Source: Saprospiraceae bacterium UBA1994
GTDB lineage: Bacteria; Bacteroidota; Bacteroidia; Chitinophagales; Saprospiraceae
Assembly (NCBI GenBank): GCA_002335865.1
Contig: DDCY01000030.1
Location: forward strand, 183 to 64,182
Direction: 5' to 3'
DNA length: 64,000 nt
Both the position numbers and the translations under genes were made by a program. Below the pieces are notes generated by a model. It ran no database searches and was not told where the DNA came from. It worked only from the letters and a program-made list of their open reading frames with translations. Position 1 is the stretch's first letter; each line of letters opens with the position of its first letter. Below are positions 21,063 through 31,038 of the stretch, piece after piece.

Positions 21063-21092
21063 CAAAAGTAGCGTATTTATTGATGTTTGCAA
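21063..21092 (-). promoter_or_regulatory. Canonical Bacteroidota promoter for the pyrophosphatase gene (TTG-N19-TActTTTG)
   Basis: The minus strand reads TTG-caaacatcaataaatacgc-TACTTTTG with an exact 19-nt spacer, about 55 nt upstream of the start codon. Confidence 0.5.
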
Positions 21093-21215
21093 ATAAATAT
21101 GAAGCTATAATGCTCATTCTGATCCTATTGATATAAAAGAGTACATCAATACTCATATACTCTATTGAACTTGGAGTATAGTACAACACATTTTGAAATT
21201 ATTATCTTTATACTT

Positions 21216-22034
21216 ATGCGATGTATTTCTTTTGTTAAAATAGTAATATGTGTAGTCATTATGATGGTTTCACTATCTGAAGTGATTCAGGCACAGACTA
21301 CTTTTCAACCTAAACAAATAGAGTTTGATTGGAAAGGGATAGTATATAGATATGAGAAGGCATTTGAATTTTCGTTGCATACCAATGGATTTATATTAGG
21401 CTATAATAGTGGTCGTATACTTACTTATAATAAGACGAGATACTATCACTTTTCCATAGGATATATGGGTGACCCTCGTGAACGTCGTCAAAATAAGAAC
21501 ATACCCTTGGCGAATATGACTTCTAAGTCATTTTCTTATGGTAAGCTCAACTCACTCTATGTGCTTAGAGCAGGTATAGGTCGCAAAAAATATCTATCCG
21601 AAAAAGCCAAGAGAAAAGGAATTGCGCTTGGATATAGTTATGAAATAGGCCCAGCGATTGCCATGCTAAAGCCTAACTATCTGTATTTACTGTTTAGTGA
21701 GAATCAAAATGGGATGCTAGTAGACGAGCTCCGAGCAGAACGATATTCTTCTGAGAATGCAGATGTTTTTCTGGATTACAATAGGATATATGGTGGCGGC
21801 GGCTTCACCAGAGGATGGAAAGAATTGACGTTTACTCCTGGATTACAGGCTCGAGGAGGAATCCTGTTTAGCTTAGGAGCATATGATAAATATGTAAAGA
21901 TGATTGAAGTAGGTATTATGGCGGATTTGTTTTTTAAGAAAATTTCTATCTTGGCAGAGACAGAAGCCGTGAGCAATAAGCCTTATTTTATCAATCTATA
22001 CTTAACTTTGCAACTCGGTGCTCGAAGAAACTAA
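21216..22034 (+). CDS. Hypothetical secreted, possibly outer-membrane beta-barrel, protein
   Basis: ATG 21216 gives a signal peptide (MRCISFVKIVICVVIMMVSLSEVIQAQ). Alternating-hydrophobicity beta-like segments run through the protein to the C-terminus. No family recognised. Confidence 0.4.
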   Translation: MRCISFVKIVICVVIMMVSLSEVIQAQTTFQPKQIEFDWKGIVYRYEKAFEFSLHTNGFILGYNSGRILTYNKTRYYHFSIGYMGDPRERRQNKNIPLANMTSKSFSYGKLNSLYVLRAGIGRKKYLSEKAKRKGIALGYSYEIGPAIAMLKPNYLYLLFSENQNGMLVDELRAERYSSENADVFLDYNRIYGGGGFTRGWKELTFTPGLQARGGILFSLGAYDKYVKMIEVGIMADLFFKKISILAETEAVSNKPYFINLYLTLQLGARRN

Positions 22035-22108
22035 TTGCCTATTAATCCGTTAATAAACTGTGCACATGCCTTAGTTGGGCATATTGTTTACTCAAATTAT
22101 AATCACAC

Positions 22109-22987
22109 GTGCTAGAACTACCAGTAGTATCAAATATAGAAAAGCCAAAAAGGGAGAAAAAACCTAACTGGCTGAGGGTGAAATTGCCTATAGGGGAGGA
22201 TTATAAAAGAGTAAGAGGTCTAGTAGACGAATATAAGCTCCATACGATCTGCGAAAGTGGTAACTGCCCCAACATGGGAGAATGCTGGGGGGCAGGTACT
22301 GCTACATTTATGATATTAGGAAACGTGTGTACACGTAGCTGCTCATTTTGTGCAGTGAAGACTGGACGTCCACCTGAATATGATGAAGATGAACCACGGA
22401 GAGTAGCGGAAGCAATTAGACTTATGGAAGTGAAGCATGCAGTGATCACATCTGTCAATAGAGATGAACTCAAGGATCGTGGAGCTGAGATATGGTATCA
22501 GACAGTAGTACAGATCAAAAAACAATCACCTAACACAACTATAGAAACGCTAATTCCAGATGTAAAAGCGAACTGGGAAGCTCTAGACCGAATGATAGAA
22601 GGAGGTCAAGAAGTAGTCTCACATAATATGGAAACAGTAGAGGAGTTATATCGCAAAGTGAGACCTCAAGGTAAATATCATCGTAGCTTAGAGCAGCTCC
22701 AGCGTATCAAAGAGTCAGGGCACAGAACAAAGACAGGTTTTATGGTTGGGCTAGGAGAGACTGATGAGCAAGTGTATAAGATTATGGATGACCTCATCAA
22801 AGCTAAAGTAGATGTAGTGACTATCGGTCAATATCTACAACCAACGAAGATGCACCTTGCAGTGGACTCATTCGTACATCCTGATAAGTTTGCTGAGTAC
22901 AAAGCAGTAGGCCTAGAAAAGGGGTTTGAATATGTGGAAAGTGGACCCTTAGTAAGATCAAGTTACCATGCAGAACGTCATCTGTAA
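22109..22987 (+). CDS. lipA: Lipoyl synthase LipA (radical SAM)
   Basis: '[13 protein letters not shown]' (auxiliary cluster) and '[10 protein letters not shown]' (CxxxCxxC) are present, with C-terminal 'RSSYHA'. The apparent start codon is GTG. Confidence 0.92.
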   Translation: MLELPVVSNIEKPKREKKPNWLRVKLPIGEDYKRVRGLVDEYKLHTICESGNCPNMGECWGAGTATFMILGNVCTRSCSFCAVKTGRPPEYDEDEPRRVAEAIRLMEVKHAVITSVNRDELKDRGAEIWYQTVVQIKKQSPNTTIETLIPDVKANWEALDRMIEGGQEVVSHNMETVEELYRKVRPQGKYHRSLEQLQRIKESGHRTKTGFMVGLGETDEQVYKIMDDLIKAKVDVVTIGQYLQPTKMHLAVDSFVHPDKFAEYKAVGLEKGFEYVESGPLVRSSYHAERHL

Positions 22988-23973
22988 TGATAATCAGACA
23001 CGAAAAAGTAAAGGCAGGAATCATAGGCTGGGGAGAGAATACGCTACTGTTAGCGGATCTTTTGACTAGATATGCTAAGAATATTGAATTGGTTGCTCTA
23101 AGTACATCATATGATACTGGTCGTGACTACGCCATTCGCAATCTTGGGATCAAACATATATTTACCCATCATAAACAGATGATGGATCTACATGAGATCG
23201 ATGCAGTAATCATAGCCGGTCCTGGGGCAGAACATACGGAGCAGATCATCGATAGCCTCAAAGCTGGGTACCATACTCTTTACGAATTGCCAGCCGCATT
23301 AGATATATTTAATGCAATCAAGATTGTAGATGCGGTAGAGCATTATCCTAGTCAGATAGCTATGGGGGCATTGTCACACCGTTACGACTCTAAGTACAAA
23401 AAGATAAAAGAGAAAATCCAAAGCGGAGCTATAGGCAATCTTATCGCGGTAGAAGTGTACGCCAATCAATTTAGAGATAATAAAACCGAAAAAACTGATC
23501 CAGGTATTGTTAGGGATATGCTACTGAGCCAAATAGATTTAGTAAGATGGATTACTGGCCAAGAGATAATATCAGTAAGTAGTAATAGGGTAGGCGAAGG
23601 AATAAATATGACTTATGCGCATTTTACTGCTTCTCTAGAGGGAGGACAATCATGTACATTCACTGCCAATAGACAATCACATCAGCCCCACGGTAGTAGT
23701 ATAAAGATCATTGGTAGTGATTTAGAAATATATTTCAGGGCGCCTATAGAAACGTATGAATATGCTGAAATATCAAATGGTCAACTTACGCCCACTTACC
23801 TAGATCATGATAATAAAAAAGAGTACATGGATATACTTAATGCATTTCTTTATACCATACAAGAGAAAGTAAAGCCGAATGATACTGTTAAAGATATTAT
23901 GAGCAATACCCGCACGGCTCTAGCTTTTGAGGAGTGTTTGGGTCTGTATGGCCCGGTTGAGGTTGAGCTCTAA
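22987..23973 (+). CDS. Gfo/Idh/MocA family oxidoreductase
   Basis: It has an N-terminal Rossmann pattern 'KAGIIGWGEN...ELVAL' and '...IDAVIIAGPGAEHTEQIIDSLKAGYHTLYELP'. The start ATG shares one base with the lipA stop (TAATG). Confidence 0.6.
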   Translation: MIIRHEKVKAGIIGWGENTLLLADLLTRYAKNIELVALSTSYDTGRDYAIRNLGIKHIFTHHKQMMDLHEIDAVIIAGPGAEHTEQIIDSLKAGYHTLYELPAALDIFNAIKIVDAVEHYPSQIAMGALSHRYDSKYKKIKEKIQSGAIGNLIAVEVYANQFRDNKTEKTDPGIVRDMLLSQIDLVRWITGQEIISVSSNRVGEGINMTYAHFTASLEGGQSCTFTANRQSHQPHGSSIKIIGSDLEIYFRAPIETYEYAEISNGQLTPTYLDHDNKKEYMDILNAFLYTIQEKVKPNDTVKDIMSNTRTALAFEECLGLYGPVEVEL

Positions 23974-24132
23974 GATTATAAATTAAATCATTACACTAGA
24001 ACTTTTCTTATGTGCCTAATTGTATTGTCTGTGACCCACAATTAGATATATCTGATACAGATTGTATTATTTGGCTTGAATAACTGTTTTAATTTCAAAT
24101 CGGTTTGGTGTTAGTTGAAAAAGACACCAAAG

Positions 24133-24159
24133 CAAAAAACCTATTACGAATGTAATAGG
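24133..24159 (-). terminator. Rho-independent terminator of the thioredoxin-like gene
   Basis: The minus strand reads CCTATTAC-ATTC-GTAATAGG (8-bp stem) immediately followed by TTTTTTG. Confidence 0.7.
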
Positions 24160-24185
24160 GACAAATGTTTTTTGTTAAATTTCAA

Positions 24186-24683
24186 TTATTCTCCACTATC
24201 TCGCTTAGATAGCATACGATCCATGTTTTCTGTGAATTCTGAAGCTGTTTTAGTATATCCAGTTTTCCCATGTGCTACAATGCTATATTCGCTATTCTTT
24301 GATTCCTTAGATAAGTCAAATAGCCAGACAGTAGGATATCCTCTTACTTTGAATGCTTGTTGCAAGTTTTTATTCTGTTGTTTAAATCTTGCAGGAAGTT
24401 GCTTTCTTCTAGGAAAGTCTAACTCGAGAAGAACTACATTCTTATCAGCCCAGTCTTTGAACTCTTTATGAATAAATACAGATTTGGTTAATCTCTTACA
24501 CCAACCACACCAGTCACTTCCAGTGAAGTTTGCCAATATGGGCTTACCTGTTTTCTGAGACTCTGCATAAGCTTCGTCAACATCTACTAACCAACCTTCA
24601 TTTTCAGCTGTGTAGGTAGCATCCTGTGCCATATTTGTTGTAGAAATCATCAAAGAGAGAAATAAAAGAAAAGTAAATCTCAT
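24186..24683 (-). CDS. Secreted thioredoxin-fold protein (CxxC)
   Basis: It has a signal peptide (MRFTFLLFLSLMISTTNMAQD) and 'ANFTGSDWCGWCKRL' with a WCGWC active-site motif. Confidence 0.75.
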   Translation of the reverse strand: MRFTFLLFLSLMISTTNMAQDATYTAENEGWLVDVDEAYAESQKTGKPILANFTGSDWCGWCKRLTKSVFIHKEFKDWADKNVVLLELDFPRRKQLPARFKQQNKNLQQAFKVRGYPTVWLFDLSKESKNSEYSIVAHGKTGYTKTASEFTENMDRMLSKRDSGE

Positions 24684-25421
24684 GTTATGTTGTTTTATTT
24701 TTTGGAGTAATAAATATAAATAGTAGCCTTATAAATTTAAAGAAACTACAAATCGCGTCATACATTGCAAATATAGCTCTAAAATAAGGTATAATTAACA
24801 CTAGGAAGTTTATTATACGGTCCCATTATTTACATAAGCCGAATATAATGATGGTTTTTAAGAATAATGGTTGTAGCATATTACGTCAGTTATTAAGTCC
24901 ACAGAGAGCAAATAATGAAATTTTTAAATGGCATGTACTTAAAGTCATTATAGTATTGATAACCATTGTTAGGGATTATACTATTTCCGTCTCTCATGTT
25001 AAAGTAGCTACAGTTATTTACTATGTGGCTAGATTTTATTTTTGTCAGATAATTATTATTTAAGTTCCATGACCTAATAATGTATACTCAAAACCTTATT
25101 GACTAAAATGTTGATAGTTTTGTTCGGTCAAAGTTATCTTGCTATTCGGCTACCCATTATTTTGTTGTCACATTCTATCTATGGGCTATTTGGAGGCTAA
25201 TTGTTATTGGGGATTTAAGAAAATTTAATTAAGCATTGCCCCCTAATTAGTGTTTTTATTCCTCTCAATTGTTGGATTTCTTTAGTATTTATCTAGGACT
25301 CCGACTATCGATTACCTTGGTTTATAGTCCGTAATCTATGTTGTTATTGCTAGTCAGAAAAGTATGGAATGGTTCGCTAGTTTGGAGCGCGTCACTGCCT
25401 AATGAAACTTATGGCTAAAGA

Positions 25422-28400
25422 TTAGTCATCTAGTGAGACTCTAGTGCCTGATTCTTTTGGTTTTTGCTCAGTTCTCATTAGAGGTATTTCTACAAAGAAA
25501 GTAGTTCCTTTATCTATTCTCGTATCAAAATATATTCGACCATTCATGGAGTCAATCATATTAGCTGAGATAGCTAATCCTAGTCCAGTTCCAGAGTTTT
25601 TAGTCGTAAAATTAGGAGTGAATACCTTTTGTTTCATATAGTCAGGAATACCAGTTCCATTATCTTTTACAGTTATGATAGCTGAATGGTTTTTCTTGTT
25701 TAAGGCGATGTCTATTTTACCTCTCCTATCATCTGGAATAGCTTGTATTGCATTTTTAACGAGATTGTTGAGTATACGTATTAGCTGATTACGATCGACA
25801 AATACTAATAGGTCAGCTATAGGCTCAGACATCGTTATATCCATATCATCACGCTTGCGGAATAGATCATGTACTGCTTCCACTATTTCATTTAATATAA
25901 TTTTCTCATTATTAGCCTTTGGCATTGTCGCATAATTGGAGAATTCGTTGGCAATGTTGGTAAGGGCGTCGATCTGAGTTACTAATGTGCTTGCCACTTT
26001 CTCCGTAAGGTCTTTAGCACGATCCGGATTTGTTTTTACCATCTTATCAAGATACTGGATACTCAATTTCATAGGTGTCAATGGATTCTTGATTTCATGA
26101 GCGACTTGTTTAGCCATCTCTCTCCAGGCCATATCTCTCTCAGTCTTCGCTATAATATCTGCACTATCTTGGACCTGTACGATTAGATTGTTGTATTCAT
26201 TGATGAGTTGACCGATTTCATCATTGTCTTCATAGATTAATGGTTCGTTACTAGCGCCTAATTTAAACTCTTTGAGTTTGCCGGCTATGATCGATAGCGG
26301 TCGTGTTATACTATTGGCAATAGCCAGTGCTATGGCTCCTGCTATCAAGAATAAGAATACATATACATTGAGAATTGTACTTATAAAATCCAATATACTA
26401 CTATAACTTCTTGGACTTTTTGGAAATGTAATCGTGAAATATGCATATGGTGGTTGTGATGCAATGCTTAACGGCACGATCGTTTTAGGTACACCTTTAA
26501 ACTCTATATCTCTTGTCTGTAATTTTATTTCAGAATATCCTGCAGGCAGCCTGAGCATATCTTCATGTATCTCAGTAAAACTTATAAGTTTTCCAGCTCT
26601 GGAGTATAACGATATTTCTAGTCCATGTATATCAGTAATTTTGTTTAGAGACTTACTCAATACCAAGATTTTGCTTTCTTCATCTATTGCGTTATTGACA
26701 TATGATTGTATTGAATTATTAATGCTAATAATCTGTTCGCGATATGATTTTGATTCATTATTTTTTAGCAAATTATTGAAGTAATAACCTGTCATTAATC
26801 CAATAATCAAAAATGAGAATACTACTAAAACTATTATAACAAGCTGAATCTTAGTACGCAAAGAATCTTTTGCATAAAGTTGTATGTCTAATGGGGCACT
26901 GAGGAAATTCCATCTACTATTGATCATACTAATGAAGATGATTATCACTCCTAGTATGGAAAAAATGTAGGAGAATAATGAGATGGGTTTTATTAATGAA
27001 GATATCCTCTTGTAATTTATAATACGAATATCTTTTGTAGCCTTACTAGTGACAAACGAATAGCCGTTCATTATTGTATCAGATTTGATGGAAGCTATTT
27101 CAATCAATTGTAACTCTTGCATATTTCGATCTTCCTTGAGGATGATTTCATCGTTTTGAGTTACATAGTAATTATGTTTATCGTGTCCTTTAATCAGCTG
27201 ATCCTTTGCTGGGTTTAGTACAATTACAAATTGAAAGGGTGCATTTTCATGGAAGTCATTATTGACAAGATATTCTAGGTAGTAGGTCTGTTTGTAGGGA
27301 TTGTACTTTATATATTGATTGATCGCTATACTTCTATCCAATTGCGATTTCATCTGATCATGAGGAATTCCATATGTATTGAGTAGGCTATTTTGATTGG
27401 AGTCATAACACTCAATTTGCATTTTTTTGTTGTCTAGCTTTTCCTCAAAAGGAATACTCTGCCTTATATATTCATCCAGATCTTCCCTTTGAAAGTTTCC
27501 TTGGCGCAATTGACTCATTGTACTAAATACTGCAGAAGACATAATATCCTCGTTTAGACTAGAGATTATATAAATATCTGATGTGTCTGCACTCTGATAT
27601 AGATTTTGTACATATTGCTTTCTCTCTTGAATATCTTCTTGTAGACTATTATAAAAAACTATACCAGCCATAAGAGATGCAAATATGACCATCCACCAGA
27701 TTAGCCATATGATACTATTAGATCTATGCTCAATGAATAAGTCTAACATTAGTAGATAGACAATAAGGTATGTCAGTAACATCCAAAATGGTAAATGTAT
27801 TCCTAGAAAGTAATAGACAGCTGTTGAGAATAAAACTCCTAAACAATAGTAAATAACTTTATTATTCTTGTTTCCCTTACTAGCCATATATACAATACTA
27901 CACGTAGCGGTGAATATTAGTAATTTATAAACTAAGAGCAATATGATTACTATAAAGCTATACTTGTCAAAAAGTAATATATTATCTATATCTAGATGTA
28001 TGTTAGGATGACGTATAATACCAGAAGCAATATGACAAAGATAAAAGAGTCCACTACTGAGTACTCCAGATGCTAATAGAAAGCTTAATGGGTTGTATTT
28101 ATGGGCGAAGGTGATGCTTTTCAATTTCAGGCTAAGGTGTTTGACCAGATAGCCTAGTACAATATTGAGCAAGATTAATTCCGCTATTGAACTTACCCAA
28201 AACGAAGAGTTATGAATATTTTGGAATACTATTAAAGGGTGAAAAACCCTCTGAAGATCTATTAGCTGTATGATCATAAGCAAACTAAAGCTAATTGATC
28301 CGTGTACTACTAATGATCTTAACGGGCCATTTATATCTCGGCAGTAAAGATAAATCAAATGTAAGGCACCTATAAATGATAGTAGAAAAAGCAAATACCT

Positions 28401-28916
28401 AAGAAATCCTTTATATCTATTAAATCTTGTATTTGTCGACTCTAAATAGTCAATAGAATCAACATTGTCAATTGACATGGTATTTGGTAACCTAAGTCTA
28501 TTGTCGAGGTTGAGGTCGGAAAGTATATCAAACTTTACCTTCCTATTGATGTCATAAATATTGGGTGACAATCGTATTGTATACTCCTCATTGATTTCTT
28601 TGGAGATGCCCTTGAAGCCGTTTGATACAGAGGTTAATTCTGATCTATCTATTTGGTTCCAGTAAACTAGTGAGTCACTTTTTAAAATATTGATGTACCA
28701 ATTACTTTTTTCTAGCAATCGCACTTCTTCATCTGATAGAGTAGGGTAGTTGAAGAGAGTCTTTTCTATTTTCCTTAGCTCGGACAACAATTGAGACTTT
28801 ATCCTAGTGATATCGCGGGCTGTACCATCAGCATTGGCTAGCTGGTAAGACCATATGCTGAGAATTATTCCCAACATACTCAATATTAGAAGATAGTGTT
28901 TGCCTAAGTTTATCAC
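25422..28916 (-). CDS. Large multi-pass sensor histidine kinase (about 12 TM, HAMP, HisKA, HATPase_c)
   Basis: The H-box is 'QVAHEIKNPLTPM', the N-box 'LNNLVKNAIQA', and the G-boxes 'DNGTGIP' and 'GTGLGLAIS'. A HAMP-like segment follows the last TM helix (ANSITRPLSIIAGKLKEF). Confidence 0.85.
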   Translation of the reverse strand: MINLGKHYLLILSMLGIILSIWSYQLANADGTARDITRIKSQLLSELRKIEKTLFNYPTLSDEEVRLLEKSNWYINILKSDSLVYWNQIDRSELTSVSNGFKGISKEINEEYTIRLSPNIYDINRKVKFDILSDLNLDNRLRLPNTMSIDNVDSIDYLESTNTRFNRYKGFLRYLLFLLSFIGALHLIYLYCRDINGPLRSLVVHGSISFSLLMIIQLIDLQRVFHPLIVFQNIHNSSFWVSSIAELILLNIVLGYLVKHLSLKLKSITFAHKYNPLSFLLASGVLSSGLFYLCHIASGIIRHPNIHLDIDNILLFDKYSFIVIILLLVYKLLIFTATCSIVYMASKGNKNNKVIYYCLGVLFSTAVYYFLGIHLPFWMLLTYLIVYLLMLDLFIEHRSNSIIWLIWWMVIFASLMAGIVFYNSLQEDIQERKQYVQNLYQSADTSDIYIISSLNEDIMSSAVFSTMSQLRQGNFQREDLDEYIRQSIPFEEKLDNKKMQIECYDSNQNSLLNTYGIPHDQMKSQLDRSIAINQYIKYNPYKQTYYLEYLVNNDFHENAPFQFVIVLNPAKDQLIKGHDKHNYYVTQNDEIILKEDRNMQELQLIEIASIKSDTIMNGYSFVTSKATKDIRIINYKRISSLIKPISLFSYIFSILGVIIIFISMINSRWNFLSAPLDIQLYAKDSLRTKIQLVIIVLVVFSFLIIGLMTGYYFNNLLKNNESKSYREQIISINNSIQSYVNNAIDEESKILVLSKSLNKITDIHGLEISLYSRAGKLISFTEIHEDMLRLPAGYSEIKLQTRDIEFKGVPKTIVPLSIASQPPYAYFTITFPKSPRSYSSILDFISTILNVYVFLFLIAGAIALAIANSITRPLSIIAGKLKEFKLGASNEPLIYEDNDEIGQLINEYNNLIVQVQDSADIIAKTERDMAWREMAKQVAHEIKNPLTPMKLSIQYLDKMVKTNPDRAKDLTEKVASTLVTQIDALTNIANEFSNYATMPKANNEKIILNEIVEAVHDLFRKRDDMDITMSEPIADLLVFVDRNQLIRILNNLVKNAIQAIPDDRRGKIDIALNKKNHSAIITVKDNGTGIPDYMKQKVFTPNFTTKNSGTGLGLAISANMIDSMNGRIYFDTRIDKGTTFFVEIPLMRTEQKPKESGTRVSLDD

Positions 28917-29054
28917 TGTGGCTTTTTAGTTATTAAGCCCACAAGATAGGTATTTTATATATTATTATAAATTTCAATATGTTGCATTTTTTTTGAACTT
29001 TAAGGGTTGTATTTTTTTTTGCTAGAATAAGCCACAGTAGATATTCAAAGATGT

Positions 29055-29062
29055 TACCTTTG
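29055..29062 (+). promoter_or_regulatory. -7 promoter element (TAccTTTG) for rnpB
   Basis: TACCTTTG ends 4 nt before the predicted RNase P RNA 5' end (P1 pairing). No well-spaced -33 TTG was seen. Confidence 0.45.
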
Positions 29063-29065
29063 CAC

Positions 29066-29423
29066 TGCATCGCTCTATCGCGACCATCGTTTGACCGATG
29101 GTTGAGGAAAGTCCGGACAACGTAGAGCACCGTACCGTGTAATAAACGGACCCTACTGTACAGTGGGGATAGAAAGTGTCGCAGAAAATAACCGTCTCTT
29201 GCTTGTCAGGAGATAAGGGTGAAAATGTGAGGTAAGAGCTCACGATGTTAATGGGTAACTGTTAACGTGGATAAACCTTATGGGTTGTAATGCCATGTAT
29301 ATTATGATTCGGCCTAGGTCGACGAGAGCTGCTCGCTCAAGAATACCAAGTCATAAGGGGTAGGCAGCATAGATAAATGATAGAGCATCAGAAATGATGA
29401 CAGAATCCGGCTTATAGATGTAT
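29066..29423 (+). ncRNA. rnpB: RNase P RNA, bacterial type A
   Basis: The universally conserved P4 strands are present: GAGGAAAGTCCGG at 29104-29116 and ACAGAATCCGGCTTA at 29400-29414. The P3 hairpin is CCATCG/CGATGG. The 5' TGCA..TCTA can pair with the 3' TAGATGTA (P1/P2). Ends are approximate to about 10 nt. Confidence 0.9.
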
Positions 29424-29465
29424 TTTTAAATTTTAGTCTCGTTGCTCAACGAGTAAAATTAAAGA

Positions 29466-29497
29466 GGGGCCATCACATCGTGATAGTCCCTTTTTTT
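29466..29497 (+). terminator. Rho-independent terminator downstream of rnpB
   Basis: GGGGCCATCAC-ATC-GTGATAGTCCC (10 of 11 positions paired) is followed by TTTTTTT. It lies between rnpB and the convergent porV. Confidence 0.6.
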
Positions 29498-29534
29498 AAC
29501 TTAATCAGAAAATTATTACTTCAACTATTTACGA

Positions 29535-30800
29535 TTACTCATCTACAGCATTTTGAGTCTGATATGAAGCGAAGTCGAAGATCAGTCCAAATCTCAATGT
29601 ATTATCAAGAGGATTTCTTTGGTTGCTGGTAGGAACAAGGTAAGATAGATCTATACCAAATACATTGTACTTAAGGCCTATTCCAAGTGTAAGGAATTGT
29701 CTATCTCCTTTGATTGCGTTTTCGTAATAGTAACCTGCTCTCACTGCAAATTGCTTATCATACCAGTACTCACCACCTAGGGAATAAGAAAACTCTTTTA
29801 ACTCTTCACTAAATCCACCTTGCGCATCACTGAATGATCCAAAGACACCAGAGAAAAGAGATTTTTGTCTAAAATCAGCTATGCCATCTCCTGTTCCATT
29901 ACCATTTTCATTATCATAAACAGGGTTATTTGTGCCATCAGAAAGTAAACTTGCCACAGGTGTAGGTACCATTAGTTTATTGATATCTAATCCAAACTCT
30001 ACAGTATTGAATTCATCTAACTCTAGCTTAAGAGCAGATCCAAGACCGAAATTAGCGGGAAGGAAATCCTTTACAGCTTGATTCGTGTAACTTACTTTAG
30101 ATCCAATATTTGTTAGTGCTAGGCCCATTGCGAATTCACTCTTATACCCTCCAGTCTTACCTTTAGATCTGTATGTAAGCGAAAAATCAGCTGCAAAGGC
30201 ATTTGCTGAGCTAATATCTAGTCCACCTGCCATCTGGCCACTTGCTAAGTTGGAGTACACATACTTAGCTGTAAGTCCAGCAGAGAGTTTATCACTTAGT
30301 TTACGTGCATATGCTCCTGATAGTTCAAATTCTCTTGGCTTACCTGATCCAGTACTTACTCCGTCGTTATCAGTAAAACTAATCTCACCTAGCGAGAAAA
30401 ATCTAAGTCCAAATCCTACAGTTTGTAATCCATCTATTTTCTTGTATCCTGTTAGATAAGCTAGATAGATATCGTTCAGATTAAGCTCTCTTAACCATGG
30501 TGTATAGGTTACAGAAATCGCTGTTTCTTCTTCAGTCCACACTAAATTACTCGCATTGTAATGCATTGCATTAGAGTTAGGAGTTAGTGCGATACCTAGG
30601 TCTCCCATAGATCCACCTCTAGCATCTGGAGCGATTCTTAGGAAAGGCATAGCAGATATCACAGCATTTGAAATACAGTCTGACTCACCAATGTTAGTTA
30701 TACACCCTACGTCAGAATTAAAGCCAAACTGACCATACATGAACTGGGGATTACTAAAAAGTGCAACTACTACTGCACAGCTAAAAATTAATTTTTTCAT
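29535..30800 (-). CDS. porV: T9SS outer-membrane shuttle/channel protein PorV (LptO)
   Basis: It has a signal peptide and the N-terminal 'AMPFLRIAPDARGGSMGDLGIA' motif characteristic of PorV. The body is a beta-barrel-like sequence of 421 aa. The gene lies directly downstream of porU, as in other Bacteroidota. Confidence 0.75.
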   Translation of the reverse strand: MKKLIFSCAVVVALFSNPQFMYGQFGFNSDVGCITNIGESDCISNAVISAMPFLRIAPDARGGSMGDLGIALTPNSNAMHYNASNLVWTEEETAISVTYTPWLRELNLNDIYLAYLTGYKKIDGLQTVGFGLRFFSLGEISFTDNDGVSTGSGKPREFELSGAYARKLSDKLSAGLTAKYVYSNLASGQMAGGLDISSANAFAADFSLTYRSKGKTGGYKSEFAMGLALTNIGSKVSYTNQAVKDFLPANFGLGSALKLELDEFNTVEFGLDINKLMVPTPVASLLSDGTNNPVYDNENGNGTGDGIADFRQKSLFSGVFGSFSDAQGGFSEELKEFSYSLGGEYWYDKQFAVRAGYYYENAIKGDRQFLTLGIGLKYNVFGIDLSYLVPTSNQRNPLDNTLRFGLIFDFASYQTQNAVDE

Positions 30801-31038
30801 TATTACCTTTTATGAAATGTTCATTTGTTACTTTAAGCTATAAGCAATCTTCGTGCTAAAATGTCTTTAAGTAAGCAATTGCAAAAATAAAATAGTATTT
30901 GAATAAATACTAACTCACATGATATAGTAGCTATTGTTTGCGTAATAGTTTATTAGCACTTTAGAATTATTCCGTATTCTATGCTTTAAGTTATTTGTAA
31001 ATCTTATCTAAAGCAGAGAATTACATTCAACTCACTGG

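Noticed and set aside
24115-24471. A 118-aa plus-strand ORF.
   Set aside because: It is antisense to the well-supported thioredoxin-fold gene (WCGWC motif) and runs through that gene's terminator hairpins. No recognisable motifs.
28933-29243. Two overlapping minus-strand ORFs of 65 and 73 aa.
   Set aside because: They overlap the RNase P RNA and its promoter. The region is fully explained by rnpB.
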